Source: an uncultured Acidimicrobiales bacterium (GTDB taxonomy: Bacteria; Actinomycetota; Acidimicrobiia; Acidimicrobiales; Aldehydirespiratoraceae). Taken from it: a DNA stretch of 64,000 bases. Position numbers and translations under genes: made by a program. Below, piece after piece: positions 9,334 through 18,230 of the stretch (positions are counted from its first letter, which is position 1; each line of letters starts with the position of its first letter). The DNA is taken from assembly GCA_964533595.1 (NCBI GenBank), contig CAZHMP010000002.1, forward strand, positions 5,000-68,999, read 5' to 3'. The notes beneath the pieces are model-generated. The model was not told where the DNA came from. It was given only the letters and a program-made list of their open reading frames with translations, and made no database searches.

Positions 9334-9999
9334 TCAACGTCTCTTCAACCCAGCGGCCTTCACTTCGACGCGCTCTGCGGCCCAAGGAATGGCATCGAGT
9401 CGATCCTTGGGGATTGGCAGACCGGAGGTTACGCAGATGCCGTAGGTGCCGGCGGCTATCCGCGCGAGAGCATCGTCGATTTGCTGCACAGCCGATGCCG
9501 CCTGGGACGAGAGATGGAGCCCTCGTTCTCTTTCCACCGCGAGAGTGTCGCCTTCTCCGGACTCTTCATCGAATTGCACGTCGCCAGGTTCGCGATCGGC
9601 GAAGAGCGAATCTGCTTCCGCTCGCAGATCTGCTGCAGTTTGGACGTACTTGGAGCGCTCCTCGATCAGCCGAGACTTCATCTCGTCGACAAACTTCTTT
9701 GGCAGTTTGCTCTTGACGGGTTTCTTCTTCGTTGTGGTCTTCTTGGCCGTCGCCTTCTTCGCCACGGTTTTCTTCGCCGCCGACTTCTTGGCCGTCGCCT
9801 TCTTCGCCGCGGTATTCTTGACCGTCTTCTTCGCCGCGGTCTTCTTGGCCGCAGCCTTTTTGACAGCTCGCTTGGCCGTCGACTTCTTGGGCTTGGTGGA
9901 TGCCGCCGATTTCGCGCTCTTGGTGCGGGCCTTGACCGCCTTTTTGGCCGTCGACTTCTTGGTTGTTGACTTTCCTGTCGCCTTGCGAGCCGTGGCCAT
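9334..9999 (-). CDS. DksA/TraR-family protein with an N-terminal histone H1-like Lys/Ala-rich tail
   Basis: Residues 1-102 are AKK/TAKK repeats. The C-terminal half (LIEERSKY...DVQFDEESGEGDTLAVERE...ALARIAAGTYGIC...IP) matches the DksA/TraR coiled-coil plus finger layout, but only 1 of the 4 zinc-finger Cys is present. Confidence 0.7.
   Translation of the reverse strand: MATARKATGKSTTKKSTAKKAVKARTKSAKSAASTKPKKSTAKRAVKKAAAKKTAAKKTVKNTAAKKATAKKSAAKKTVAKKATAKKTTTKKKPVKSKLPKKFVDEMKSRLIEERSKYVQTAADLRAEADSLFADREPGDVQFDEESGEGDTLAVERERGLHLSSQAASAVQQIDDALARIAAGTYGICVTSGLPIPKDRLDAIPWAAERVEVKAAGLKRR
9694..9999 (-). repeat. Coding low-complexity Lys/Ala/Thr repeat (histone H1-like tail of the DksA-like protein)
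   Basis: 102 codons dominated by AKK, TAKK and AAKK units. Nucleotide-level reiteration of GCCGTCGCCTTCTTCGCC-type units is visible. Confidence 0.85.
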
Positions 10000-10096
10000 G
10001 CAACCGCTGCCTTCCCTGCCGTACTGCGAGATATCTACCCCGTGGAAGCAGGGATTGTAGGCCCATCACACGACGATGACGCGCATCGAGGCAGCG

Positions 10097-10366
10097 TTAG
10101 TCGGTCAAAATCTCCCGAATCTGTGCAATATCGAGTTTGCCGACTTCCAGCAATTTGCGACGCGACTTGGAACCCGACACCACTCGGACCTCTCGTCGAC
10201 GCAGTCCGAGTGCCTTGGCCACCAATTCCTCCACCGCCTTGTTGGCTTTGCCGTTCTCGGCGGCCACTACTACGGCGACACGCAACAAACTGCCGTCGAG
10301 CCGAACTTGATTTCGCTTGGCATGGGGCGTGACCTTCACCTCGATCAGGTCGCCGCTCTGACCCAT
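10097..10366 (-). CDS. DUF167 (YggU) family protein
   Basis: 89 aa with VKVTPHAKRNQV...AENGKANKAVEELVAKALGLRRREVRVVSGSKSRRK, matching YggU-type proteins commonly found next to yggT/divIVA. Confidence 0.8.
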   Translation of the reverse strand: MGQSGDLIEVKVTPHAKRNQVRLDGSLLRVAVVVAAENGKANKAVEELVAKALGLRRREVRVVSGSKSRRKLLEVGKLDIAQIREILTD

Positions 10367-10369
10367 GTT

Positions 10370-11515
10370 TCAACCCTTGCGACCGAACCAAGGCCGATCT
10401 GGCTCATCGTCCTGATCGAAGAACGCCGACAGGGCATCATCGTCAGCCAGCATCTCGTCATCCGTCAGACCCGCGACCTGATGCGTGATGCGGTCGGGCC
10501 CGTCGGAGGACACCATGTCGGCAAAGAGGGGGACGGCGAACGCCGGCTCCTGATGCAGGACCGGAGAATCCGGCTCGTGGATCGAAGTCGTGCCGCCGGA
10601 CTGGTCATCCATGTCCGCCGCGGTCATGAGCCTGGGCGGCTCCGGTGAAGTCGGCACGAGATCTACGTCGGGTTCGTCGACCTCGACTTCGTCGAATTGC
10701 TCATTGCTGAGATCGATGATTTCAGCCTCATGCAGCGTCTCCTCGATGACTTCAGGCTCATGCAGTGTTTCCTCGATGACTTCAGGCTCACTCGGCAACT
10801 CGTCGACCATTTCCGCCTCACTCGGCACCTCCTCAACCACCTCGGCCTCTGGCAACAAGTCATCAATCGCCTCGACCGCATCGGGCATGGCCGGTGTGAC
10901 GCCGCTGGTGGCTGGAGCCGGTTCCAAGCGAAGCGACTCCGGTTGCTCCATCAACTGAGTCAGAGACGTCACCACGTCGGAGAGATTCGACCGTTGCTCG
11001 CGAACATGCTTCTCCAGGATTGCTATGTCGTCCTCCAGGAATTCGCGCACGGCGGTGAGATTCGCCACCTCGTCGCGAAGGCGATCCAGCCCTTCTTCTG
11101 CGGCTGCCTTCGAATCGGCCTCCGCGTTGCGAATCATCTCCCGTCGGTCGGTCTCGGCCTCAGCGAGAATCCTCGACGATTGTTCATTGGCTGCCGACAC
11201 CGTTGCTGCCGCCTGCTCGGTGGCCTCGGAGGTGAGGTGGGCCGACTGGGTCTCCGCTTCAGCGATCACTCTGTCGGCGGTCTGCTGAGCCAGAATGAGG
11301 GTTCGTCCGACGGTCTCCTCAGCCGAATTGGCCCGATACGACTCAACTAGTGACTCCGATGCATCGATCCGCTCGTGCAATTCTGAGATCCGTCCCGCAG
11401 CAAGCGCAGCCGAGTTTCTGACCCGATCGACATATGCGTCGACCTCATCAGGGTCGTAGCCACGAAACTTCTCGTGAAACTGGATCTCCTGGGACAGCGC
11501 TGACATTTCGTCCAT
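10370..11515 (-). CDS. divIVA: DivIVA domain-containing cell-pole/division protein
   Basis: N-terminus IQFHEKFRGYDPDEVDAYVDRV is the DivIVA lipid-binding domain signature. A coiled coil and an acidic repeat tail follow, and the gene sits downstream of sepF-yggT. Confidence 0.85.
   Translation of the reverse strand: MDEMSALSQEIQFHEKFRGYDPDEVDAYVDRVRNSAALAAGRISELHERIDASESLVESYRANSAEETVGRTLILAQQTADRVIAEAETQSAHLTSEATEQAAATVSAANEQSSRILAEAETDRREMIRNAEADSKAAAEEGLDRLRDEVANLTAVREFLEDDIAILEKHVREQRSNLSDVVTSLTQLMEQPESLRLEPAPATSGVTPAMPDAVEAIDDLLPEAEVVEEVPSEAEMVDELPSEPEVIEETLHEPEVIEETLHEAEIIDLSNEQFDEVEVDEPDVDLVPTSPEPPRLMTAADMDDQSGGTTSIHEPDSPVLHQEPAFAVPLFADMVSSDGPDRITHQVAGLTDDEMLADDDALSAFFDQDDEPDRPWFGRKG
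10715..10864 (-). repeat. Five tandem 30-nt (10-aa) acidic repeats inside divIVA
   Basis: Units start at 10715, 10745, 10775, 10805 and 10835. The first two are near-identical (GATGA[T/C]TTCAG[C/G]CTCATGCAG[C/T]GT[C/T]TCCTC). They encode (E/D)ExxxE(A/P)E(V/M/I)(V/I)-type decapeptides. Confidence 0.85.
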
Positions 11516-11581
11516 TTGAAGATGCTAGACCCGATAGGCACACGATCCGGGGGACCGGTGGGAACTTCAGCGGCGGGGGCC

Positions 11582-11836
11582 TCAGCAGATGATTCGGCTG
11601 AGTATTTGAATTCCGAATATGGCGATGATCGGAGACAGATCGAGCATCACCCGGCCGAGCCTCACCCCCGGAATGACTCTTCGAAGCGGCGCCAATACCG
11701 GATCGGTGACCATGTAGAGAAATCCGGCCACGACCGCGGCATTACCGCCGGGGTCGAGGGGAAACCAACTCAACAGAATCCGAGCGAAAATCAGGATCAG
11801 GTAGATGTAGAGCGCGAGACAGATAATGCTTTGCAC
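11582..11836 (-). CDS. yggT: YggT family membrane protein
   Basis: 84 aa with two TM segments and ARILLSWFP...VTDPVLAPLRRVIP, typical of YggT/Ycf19. Confidence 0.8.
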   Translation of the reverse strand: MQSIICLALYIYLILIFARILLSWFPLDPGGNAAVVAGFLYMVTDPVLAPLRRVIPGVRLGRVMLDLSPIIAIFGIQILSRIIC

Positions 11837-11848
11837 GAGCGGCGCGAA

Positions 11849-12388
11849 TCAGTCGAGAGCGCTACGAGCGTCGGCAGCCGACACTTCGACATCGGCGGGA
11901 GTGAGCATGTAGACGTGGGTGGCGACCTTGTCCATCTTGCCCCCGAGGGCGTAACACAGCCCGCTCGAGAAATCGATCATCCGACGGCGTAGATCCCGAT
12001 CGACCCCTTGCAAATTGACGATGACCGGCTGACCGGACTTGAACCGGTCGCCGATGTCCTGGGCCTCGTTGAACGACGTCGGGCTGGAAGCGTGAGGTTT
12101 GACCACGGCAGACTCGACAATCCTTATCGCAGAACCGGCCTGACGATTCGTGGGCGTTGGCGCCGGTGAAACCGCCTCAGGCCGTGGCGGTGATCCGAGA
12201 GGTCTGACTGGCGGGCGATGACCCGGAGTGGTTGGTGCCACGGCGTGAACCGTTCCGGATGGACGAGCCACCGGGGCATCACGGATTGGTCTCACGGCTT
12301 CGAGAGATTCGCCCGAATCGGCGTATTGCTCATATTCCTCGTCAGGGCCCAAGCCCAAATAGATGAGCGCCTTTTTCAACATTGTCAC
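11849..12388 (-). CDS. sepF: Cell division protein SepF
   Basis: N-terminal MLKKALIYLGL membrane-targeting helix, a Pro-rich linker, and the C-terminal core SFNEAQDIGDRFKSGQPVIVNLQGVD...RMIDFSSGLCYALGG. Confidence 0.9.
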   Translation of the reverse strand: MTMLKKALIYLGLGPDEEYEQYADSGESLEAVRPIRDAPVARPSGTVHAVAPTTPGHRPPVRPLGSPPRPEAVSPAPTPTNRQAGSAIRIVESAVVKPHASSPTSFNEAQDIGDRFKSGQPVIVNLQGVDRDLRRRMIDFSSGLCYALGGKMDKVATHVYMLTPADVEVSAADARSALD

Positions 12389-12458
12389 CCTCGTCGATCG
12401 AGTGACATGAATCTACTATCTTCTGCTCCGACCACGGGCGCATACCCGCCAATGGTCG

Positions 12459-13121
12459 TCACAGCGATGATTTGGTCACTGTGCGCTCGCCGAACAGACC
12501 TCGTCCGACACGAACCATCGTGGACCCCTCCTCAACCGCCACTTCCAGATCACCGCTCATTCCCATCGAGCACTCGGACAATCCCAATCGGTCGACCAGG
12601 CCGCGGAGCAGCTGAAAGCCCGGTCGACTCATTTCGGGTCGGCCGAGAGGGCCGATCCCCATCAGACCGATCACATCCAACCCGAGAGCGTCGAGGTCGG
12701 CCACCAACGGCTCGGCCATGGCCGGGTCGCATCCCGACTTGGTCTCCTCCCCTGAGATGTCGACCTGGACCATCACCGTTGCGCCCGGAGACCGCTTGGC
12801 AATCTCAGCGCCGATCTCGATTCGGTCGATGCTTTGCCACACGTCGACAATTGGAGCGAGCTTTCTCACTTTGTTTCGCTGCAAATTGCCGATGAAATGC
12901 ACATTCGGCGTGGCCTCCATCTCGGAGAGCTTCGCCACGCACTCTTGTGCGTAGTTTTCGCCTATGTCGTCGAGACCTGCTGAGACTGCCGCGCTGATGG
13001 CATCGGGTCCGAAGGTCTTCGTGACAGCCACGATCTTCAAGTCGGATGCACCGGCACTTTGTAGTCGCAATTTCAACATCTCGACGTTGCGGGCCACCAC
13101 ATCGGCATCGATTGAACTCAT
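12459..13121 (-). CDS. yggS: YggS-family pyridoxal-phosphate homeostasis protein
   Basis: KIVAVTKTFG (PLP Lys), HFIGNLQRNK and LSMGMSGDLEVAVEEGSTMVRVG are present. I chose the ATG at 13121 because it forms an ATGA overlap with the pgeF stop; an alternative start lies at 13139. Confidence 0.88.
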   Translation of the reverse strand: MSSIDADVVARNVEMLKLRLQSAGASDLKIVAVTKTFGPDAISAAVSAGLDDIGENYAQECVAKLSEMEATPNVHFIGNLQRNKVRKLAPIVDVWQSIDRIEIGAEIAKRSPGATVMVQVDISGEETKSGCDPAMAEPLVADLDALGLDVIGLMGIGPLGRPEMSRPGFQLLRGLVDRLGLSECSMGMSGDLEVAVEEGSTMVRVGRGLFGERTVTKSSL

Positions 13122-13801
13122 GGTGTCACCTCGATCCACGTGACCGTGACTTGACGTTGCACGTCGCCTCGGGTTCGGTGGGAGAAAAATCGGTCGAGCG
13201 ACGTGTCGAGTCCGGTGTCGGTGAATTCGTCGACACCGGCCGATGACAGAGCCGCCGACACTGCCGCTCCCATGTCAAGAGCCGGCCTGCCTTCGGCGGT
13301 GAGACCGCGTGCGGAATCTCCCACCACGGCCGTGACTGTGTCGAGATCGGACTCGCTGAATTCGTAGGCACCGGGGCGTATGCATGGGCCCAAATATGCT
13401 CGGATTGGGCCTCCACCACCTGCCATTCGAACAAGATCGATCGTGTTGGGAATTACGCCCTCGACGATTCCTCGCCAACCTGCGTGGGCAATACCCACGA
13501 CACCTTCACCAACGATCACCACGGGAGCGCAATCCGCAGTGTGAACGGCCAAAACGCAGCCCGGAGTCGTGGTGACCGCGCCGTCGGCGTCGCGCCCCGC
13601 GTGCTCACCCGCTTCGGAGACCTTCACCACGGTCGAACCATGTACCTGGTTGAGCCACGTCCATGGTGTGGGAGCGATCTCGGACCGCACACGCTCCAGT
13701 TGAGCGGCGGGCAGCTTCACGTTGAAGTCTCCGTCGCTGCGGTCTGTGCCAACAACGCGCGCCAATAACCCCGGACCGGCAGATATGTCGTGGACAATCA
13801 C
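13118..13801 (-). CDS. pgeF: Peptidoglycan editing factor PgeF (YfiH/DUF152 family)
   Basis: VHTADCAPVV...IAHAGWRG are the Cys/His motifs of the YfiH family. The gene is in the conserved position downstream of ftsZ. Confidence 0.85.
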   Translation of the reverse strand: MIVHDISAGPGLLARVVGTDRSDGDFNVKLPAAQLERVRSEIAPTPWTWLNQVHGSTVVKVSEAGEHAGRDADGAVTTTPGCVLAVHTADCAPVVIVGEGVVGIAHAGWRGIVEGVIPNTIDLVRMAGGGGPIRAYLGPCIRPGAYEFSESDLDTVTAVVGDSARGLTAEGRPALDMGAAVSAALSSAGVDEFTDTGLDTSLDRFFSHRTRGDVQRQVTVTWIEVTP

Positions 13802-13838
13802 TGGCGGAATCCCATGTGACGGACTCCCCTGGCCACAA

Positions 13839-14954
13839 CTATTTCAGGAACGAAGGAACATCGAAGTCGTCGTCGCCATCGCCCAAGTCGAGAGCATCGC
13901 CGTCATCGGAGAACACATCGGCGATTGCCACCTCGCCGGTGGGGTCTCCACCTTCGGAAGTCTGGGCAACTCGCGGTGCGGGTCGGGAACGCGACGATGA
14001 GGAATCATCCCACCGATCAAATCCAGCTGCGATCACGGTGACGCGCACATCATCGCCCATCTCGTTGTCGATGACCGCGCCGAAAATTATGTTGGCGTCT
14101 TGATGGGCAACTGCATGAATGATCTCTGCGGCTTCGTTCACTTCCAGCAACCCCAAGTCGGGGCCACCCGAGATGTTGAGAAGGATCCCCCGGGCATTCT
14201 CGATGCTTGCCTCGAGCAACGGACTCGAAATCGCCGAGCGGGACGCGGTAACCGCACGCCCTTCGCCACTGCCGTGTCCGATACCCATGAGAGCGCTGCC
14301 GGCATCGGTCATGACCGTGCGAACGTCGGCAAAGTCGGTGTTGATCAATCCGGGGGTGGTGATCAGATCCGTGATCCCCTGAACCCCTTGGAGGAGAATC
14401 TCGTCGGCCATCTTGAAGGCGTTGATCACAGAAGTGTTGGTGTCGGCGATCGACAGCAATCGATCGTTGGGGATGACGATAAGGGTGTCGACCTTCTCCT
14501 TGAGTCTTTGAATCCCCTGCTCGGCCTGGACCGAACGCCGGCGGCCCTCGAAGGCAAAAGGCCGGGTGACGACGCCGATGGTGAGAGCTCCCTGGCTCTT
14601 TGCCACCTCGGCAATCACGGGTGCGGCTCCGGTGCCGGTGCCGCCACCCTTGCCGGCGGTGATGAACACCATGTCGGAGCCGGCGAGTGTCTCTCGAATC
14701 TCGTCGAGATTGGCTTCCGCGGCTTCACGCCCGATCTCCGGATCGCTTCCGGCACCCAGACCTCGCGTGAGGTCTCGACCGATGTCGAGCTTCACGTCGG
14801 CGTCGCTCATCATCAGAGCCTGGGCATCGGTGTTGGCGGCGATGAATTCGACGCCCTTGAGTCCGGCATCAATCATCCGGTTGACGGCGTTCACACCGCC
14901 CCCGCCCACTCCAATCACCTTGATTACCGCCAGGTAGTTCTGAGGATCAGACAT
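13839..14954 (-). CDS. ftsZ: Cell division GTPase FtsZ
   Basis: [17 protein letters not shown] and the tubulin signature [12 protein letters not shown] trimmed the start to the ATG at 14954, which is preceded by GGAAGG; the 42 upstream ORF codons are not FtsZ-like. Confidence 0.97.
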   Translation of the reverse strand: MSDPQNYLAVIKVIGVGGGGVNAVNRMIDAGLKGVEFIAANTDAQALMMSDADVKLDIGRDLTRGLGAGSDPEIGREAAEANLDEIRETLAGSDMVFITAGKGGGTGTGAAPVIAEVAKSQGALTIGVVTRPFAFEGRRRSVQAEQGIQRLKEKVDTLIVIPNDRLLSIADTNTSVINAFKMADEILLQGVQGITDLITTPGLINTDFADVRTVMTDAGSALMGIGHGSGEGRAVTASRSAISSPLLEASIENARGILLNISGGPDLGLLEVNEAAEIIHAVAHQDANIIFGAVIDNEMGDDVRVTVIAAGFDRWDDSSSSRSRPAPRVAQTSEGGDPTGEVAIADVFSDDGDALDLGDGDDDFDVPSFLK

Positions 14955-15086
14955 ATTGAAATCAGCCTTCCAGGCTTTGAGGGCAAATTTGCACCGAATA
15001 ACCGCCGCACCGTAGCGACGTGCGCCTCGTGATGACGCTATATGAGCAACGGTAACCGCGTGCGGATCGTGCCACAGCACTCACAT

Positions 15087-15893
15087 TCACTCACCACCCG
15101 CGGTATTGGCGTCGGGGTCGGACGAACCATCACATTGTGCATCACGCTCGATCGTGGGCAAATCGGCCACCGACGCGTCGATCAATGCCACGCAAGTCAG
15201 GTCGGCTCCGGCCAGAACCGAACGAACGGACTCGAGCTTGTCGGCCAACAGGAACTCATCGCCGAGGTCGACTCGAGCGCTGCCGACCAGATCTAGACCG
15301 ACCCTTCCAGTCTCGACATCGACCAGGACAAGCTGAACCCAGGCGAAGAGGTCGGGCGGCATGGCAGCGATCACCGCCAATCCGGGAATCGCGGAGGACT
15401 CGATTTCGCCCAGTTTGGTGTCGAGAGGCACATCAATGACCGGGAGGTCGGGCGCCGATGCCAGGGTGACCTCCGCGGTGACCACAGCCGACTCGTCTAT
15501 GACAGCGTAAACGCCCTCGCTCGATGGAATCAGGGCCATGGGGACCCTCTCGACCACATCGATGCGAATGGTGCCGGGCCACTGTCTGGCCGCCTTTGCC
15601 TCTTTCGCCCACGCAAGTCCCCGAACCCTCGAGTCGACCAGACCGAGATCAACGTCGAGCAATGGAGTGCCGCGCAATACGTCAGCTGCCGCAATCACAT
15701 CGGTTTCGGAGTGGCTGGACAGACCGTTCACCTCGAAATGATCCACATCGAGGATCACTGATCGTGTTGCCCCCCATGCCGCGATCAGGCCCAAGGTCAG
15801 TCCCAACAGAACAAGCAGAAGCCGAAGCCGCTTTCGCCCCTCGGCGCGTTTGACCGCCACTCGGCGAGCTCTGATTCTTGGATCGATGGCCAA
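15087..15893 (-). CDS. ftsQ: Cell division protein FtsQ/DivIB (POTRA domain)
   Basis: Basic N-terminus, a single TM (LLLVLLGLTLGLIAAW), then a POTRA-like region. It lies between murB and ftsZ and starts with TTG at 15893. Confidence 0.8.
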   Translation of the reverse strand: MAIDPRIRARRVAVKRAEGRKRLRLLLVLLGLTLGLIAAWGATRSVILDVDHFEVNGLSSHSETDVIAAADVLRGTPLLDVDLGLVDSRVRGLAWAKEAKAARQWPGTIRIDVVERVPMALIPSSEGVYAVIDESAVVTAEVTLASAPDLPVIDVPLDTKLGEIESSAIPGLAVIAAMPPDLFAWVQLVLVDVETGRVGLDLVGSARVDLGDEFLLADKLESVRSVLAGADLTCVALIDASVADLPTIERDAQCDGSSDPDANTAGGE

Positions 15894-15900
15894 TTGCGTG

Positions 15901-16848
15901 CTATCCCCGACTGCCGACCGGATCGGAGAATCCCACAGTCTTTGTCTCGACTCGGAGTTCGATCCCGTGGGTTTGAAGCACCATCGACATCACTTCTCGC
16001 ATCAGGTTGTGGATGTCGTCAGCCGACCCGTTCTCGTCTGCCTGAATGAAATTGGCATGTTTGGTGGACACTTGCGCCGACCCCAGACGAAGTCCTTTCG
16101 CCCCGGCCTCCTCAATCAGACGACCTGCGCTCAACCCAGGCGGATTGGTGAACACGGATCCGGCGTTTTGACCGCCCGGTTGATTTGCACGACGCCACTG
16201 GACGATCTCGGACATCAATCTCTCGCCATCTCTTGGGATGCCGCGGTCGAGATGAAACTCGGCGCTCACAACCACCTGCGATTCGGTGATGGACGATGAT
16301 CGATAACCGAAGTCCAAATCCCTGATCCCGAGTTGGACTCTCGCTCCCGATGCCAAGTCGACAACGTCCGCCGATTTCAATGAGTCACGTATCTCGGCAC
16401 CGTGGCCACCGGCGTTCATTCGGACGGCTCCGCCCACGGTGCCAGGAACGCCCACAGCCCACTCAAACCCGGTCAGTTCGGCAGCAACGGTCGCTCTGGC
16501 CAGCACCGGCAACTTCACGGCTGCGCCGGCGGTGACGATCGTGCCTGAAACCTCAGATCGGGAGAACGATGAGCCGAGAGTCAGTGCGACTCCGTCGAAT
16601 CCCGAGTCGGCCACCAGAAGATTGGAGCCCCCGCCCACCACGAGAACCGGAGTTGCGGCGCTCGCGGCAATTCGGCCCAGTTCAACCAGTTCGTCCGGGT
16701 TGTGGACCTCGATCAGCGCGGTGGCACAACCGCCCACGCGATAGGTGGTGAGGACGCCGATGGGTGCATCGAACACCACTCGCGAGACGAACGAAGCCGC
16801 CTTGAGGAGTTGCACCAGTTCCCCGGAGCCACGGTCTTTGGGAGTCAC
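15901..16848 (-). CDS. murB: UDP-N-acetylenolpyruvoylglucosamine reductase MurB
   Basis: TTYRVGGCA...VVGGGSNLLV (FAD-binding domain) and GSVFTNP...AGRLIEEAG...GSAQVSTKHANF. The GTG start at 16848 forms a GTGA overlap with the murC stop. Confidence 0.9.
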   Translation of the reverse strand: MTPKDRGSGELVQLLKAASFVSRVVFDAPIGVLTTYRVGGCATALIEVHNPDELVELGRIAASAATPVLVVGGGSNLLVADSGFDGVALTLGSSFSRSEVSGTIVTAGAAVKLPVLARATVAAELTGFEWAVGVPGTVGGAVRMNAGGHGAEIRDSLKSADVVDLASGARVQLGIRDLDFGYRSSSITESQVVVSAEFHLDRGIPRDGERLMSEIVQWRRANQPGGQNAGSVFTNPPGLSAGRLIEEAGAKGLRLGSAQVSTKHANFIQADENGSADDIHNLMREVMSMVLQTHGIELRVETKTVGFSDPVGSRG

Positions 16849-18230
16849 GACGAACTCCCGGCCCCGATCCGCTCGACCAACACATCGGGGAGCGCTGTGA
16901 GGTCGCCCGCCCCAAGGGTGAGACACAGATCACCCGATCGGAGATTCGATGCCAGCCAGTCTGCCGCGTCGGCGAGACGCGGTTGGAACACGACCGGAAA
17001 GTCGGGGTCTGCATCCAGAACGGAATCGACAATCAACTTTGCCGTGACGCCAGGTCGGGGGGTTTCACCTGCCGGATAGATCTCGGTTACCACCAATTGA
17101 TCGGCGCCGTTGAACGCGCGGCCGAATTCCTTCCAGAGGGCTGCGGTTCTGCTGAATCGATGGGGCTGGAAAACGCAGACGATTCTGTCCCATTGTCCAT
17201 CCCGCGCGGCAGCAATCGCCGCGTCGATCTCGGTGGGAAGGTGGGCGTAGTCATCGACGAACACAATCCCGGACGCCTCCCCGCGAAATTCGAAACGTCG
17301 GGCGACTCCTCCAAACCTCGAAAGCGCACGAGCAGCGGCGTCGACCGGAGCTCCGATGATCGACCCCGTCACGACTGCTGCCGCGGCGTTCAGTGCGTTG
17401 TGAAGCCCAGGGGTGGGAAGGTCGATACGAACCATCTCCTCACCGAGATGAACAAGAGTGAACGCGATGCTCGACCGGGACTTCACCAGATCGGTGAGCC
17501 GATAGTCGGCACCGGGACTCAATCCGTAGGTGACGGCACCAGCGGCGGCCGCGACTTCGGCGGCGCCCGCATCATCGGCACAGGCGATGCAGGTTCGGGC
17601 CTGCGTCGCGAACTCATGGAATGCTGCTCGAAGGTTGTCCGGATCACCCCCATAAGTGCCGAGATGGTCTGGCTCAACGTTGGTCACCAATGCCAGTTCG
17701 GCGCCCAGCGAGAGAAACGTCCGATCGGATTCATCCGCCTCGATCACCAGCCATTCGCCCTCGTCCCAGGCCGCGCCCGTTCCGATCTCGTTGACGTCAC
17801 CTCCGATTATGAACGAGGGCGACAGATTGGCCTCGACCATCACCAACGACAGCATCGAACTGGTTGTGGTTTTCCCATGAGTGCCCGCCACTGCAATGGT
17901 GCGTCGAGTGGCTGCAATCGCGGGAAGGATCTCCGCGCGGCGCAACACGGGCACCCCGGATTCGATGGCCGCCCGCACCTCGGGGTTCCGATCCGGTATG
18001 GCCGTGCTGATGGCCAGCATCTCCGCATCGCCGATATTGGACGAATCGTGCCCGACGGTTACCGGTATTCCCGCAGCTACGAGGCGCTGAACAACCGGTC
18101 CATCCTTCAGATCACTACCCGTGACCGAATGACCCATGGAGCTCAACACGGATGCAATCGCACCCATTCCGGCCCCCCCGGCCCCAACCACATGCACACG
18201 ACGAGAGGTAGTGAGATCGGGGGTCATCAT
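16845..18230 (-). CDS. murC: UDP-N-acetylmuramate--L-alanine ligase MurC
   Basis: VHVVGAGGAGMGAIA (Rossmann region) and AVAGTHGKTTTSSML (Mur ligase P-loop). The ATG start forms an ATGA overlap with the murG stop. Confidence 0.95.
   Translation of the reverse strand: MMTPDLTTSRRVHVVGAGGAGMGAIASVLSSMGHSVTGSDLKDGPVVQRLVAAGIPVTVGHDSSNIGDAEMLAISTAIPDRNPEVRAAIESGVPVLRRAEILPAIAATRRTIAVAGTHGKTTTSSMLSLVMVEANLSPSFIIGGDVNEIGTGAAWDEGEWLVIEADESDRTFLSLGAELALVTNVEPDHLGTYGGDPDNLRAAFHEFATQARTCIACADDAGAAEVAAAAGAVTYGLSPGADYRLTDLVKSRSSIAFTLVHLGEEMVRIDLPTPGLHNALNAAAAVVTGSIIGAPVDAAARALSRFGGVARRFEFRGEASGIVFVDDYAHLPTEIDAAIAAARDGQWDRIVCVFQPHRFSRTAALWKEFGRAFNGADQLVVTEIYPAGETPRPGVTAKLIVDSVLDADPDFPVVFQPRLADAADWLASNLRSGDLCLTLGAGDLTALPDVLVERIGAGSSS

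Noticed and set aside
9694-9999. Reiterated short nucleotide units that at first glance look like a VNTR or CRISPR-like array
   Set aside because: The periodicity is irregular and there are no spacer/repeat alternations. The region is in frame and encodes the AKK-type basic tail of the DksA-like protein, so it is coding low complexity and not an array.
14100-15032. 310-aa plus-strand ORF opposite ftsZ
   Set aside because: It is a shadow ORF antisense to a gene whose identity is unambiguous (tubulin signature on the minus strand), and its composition is not protein-like.
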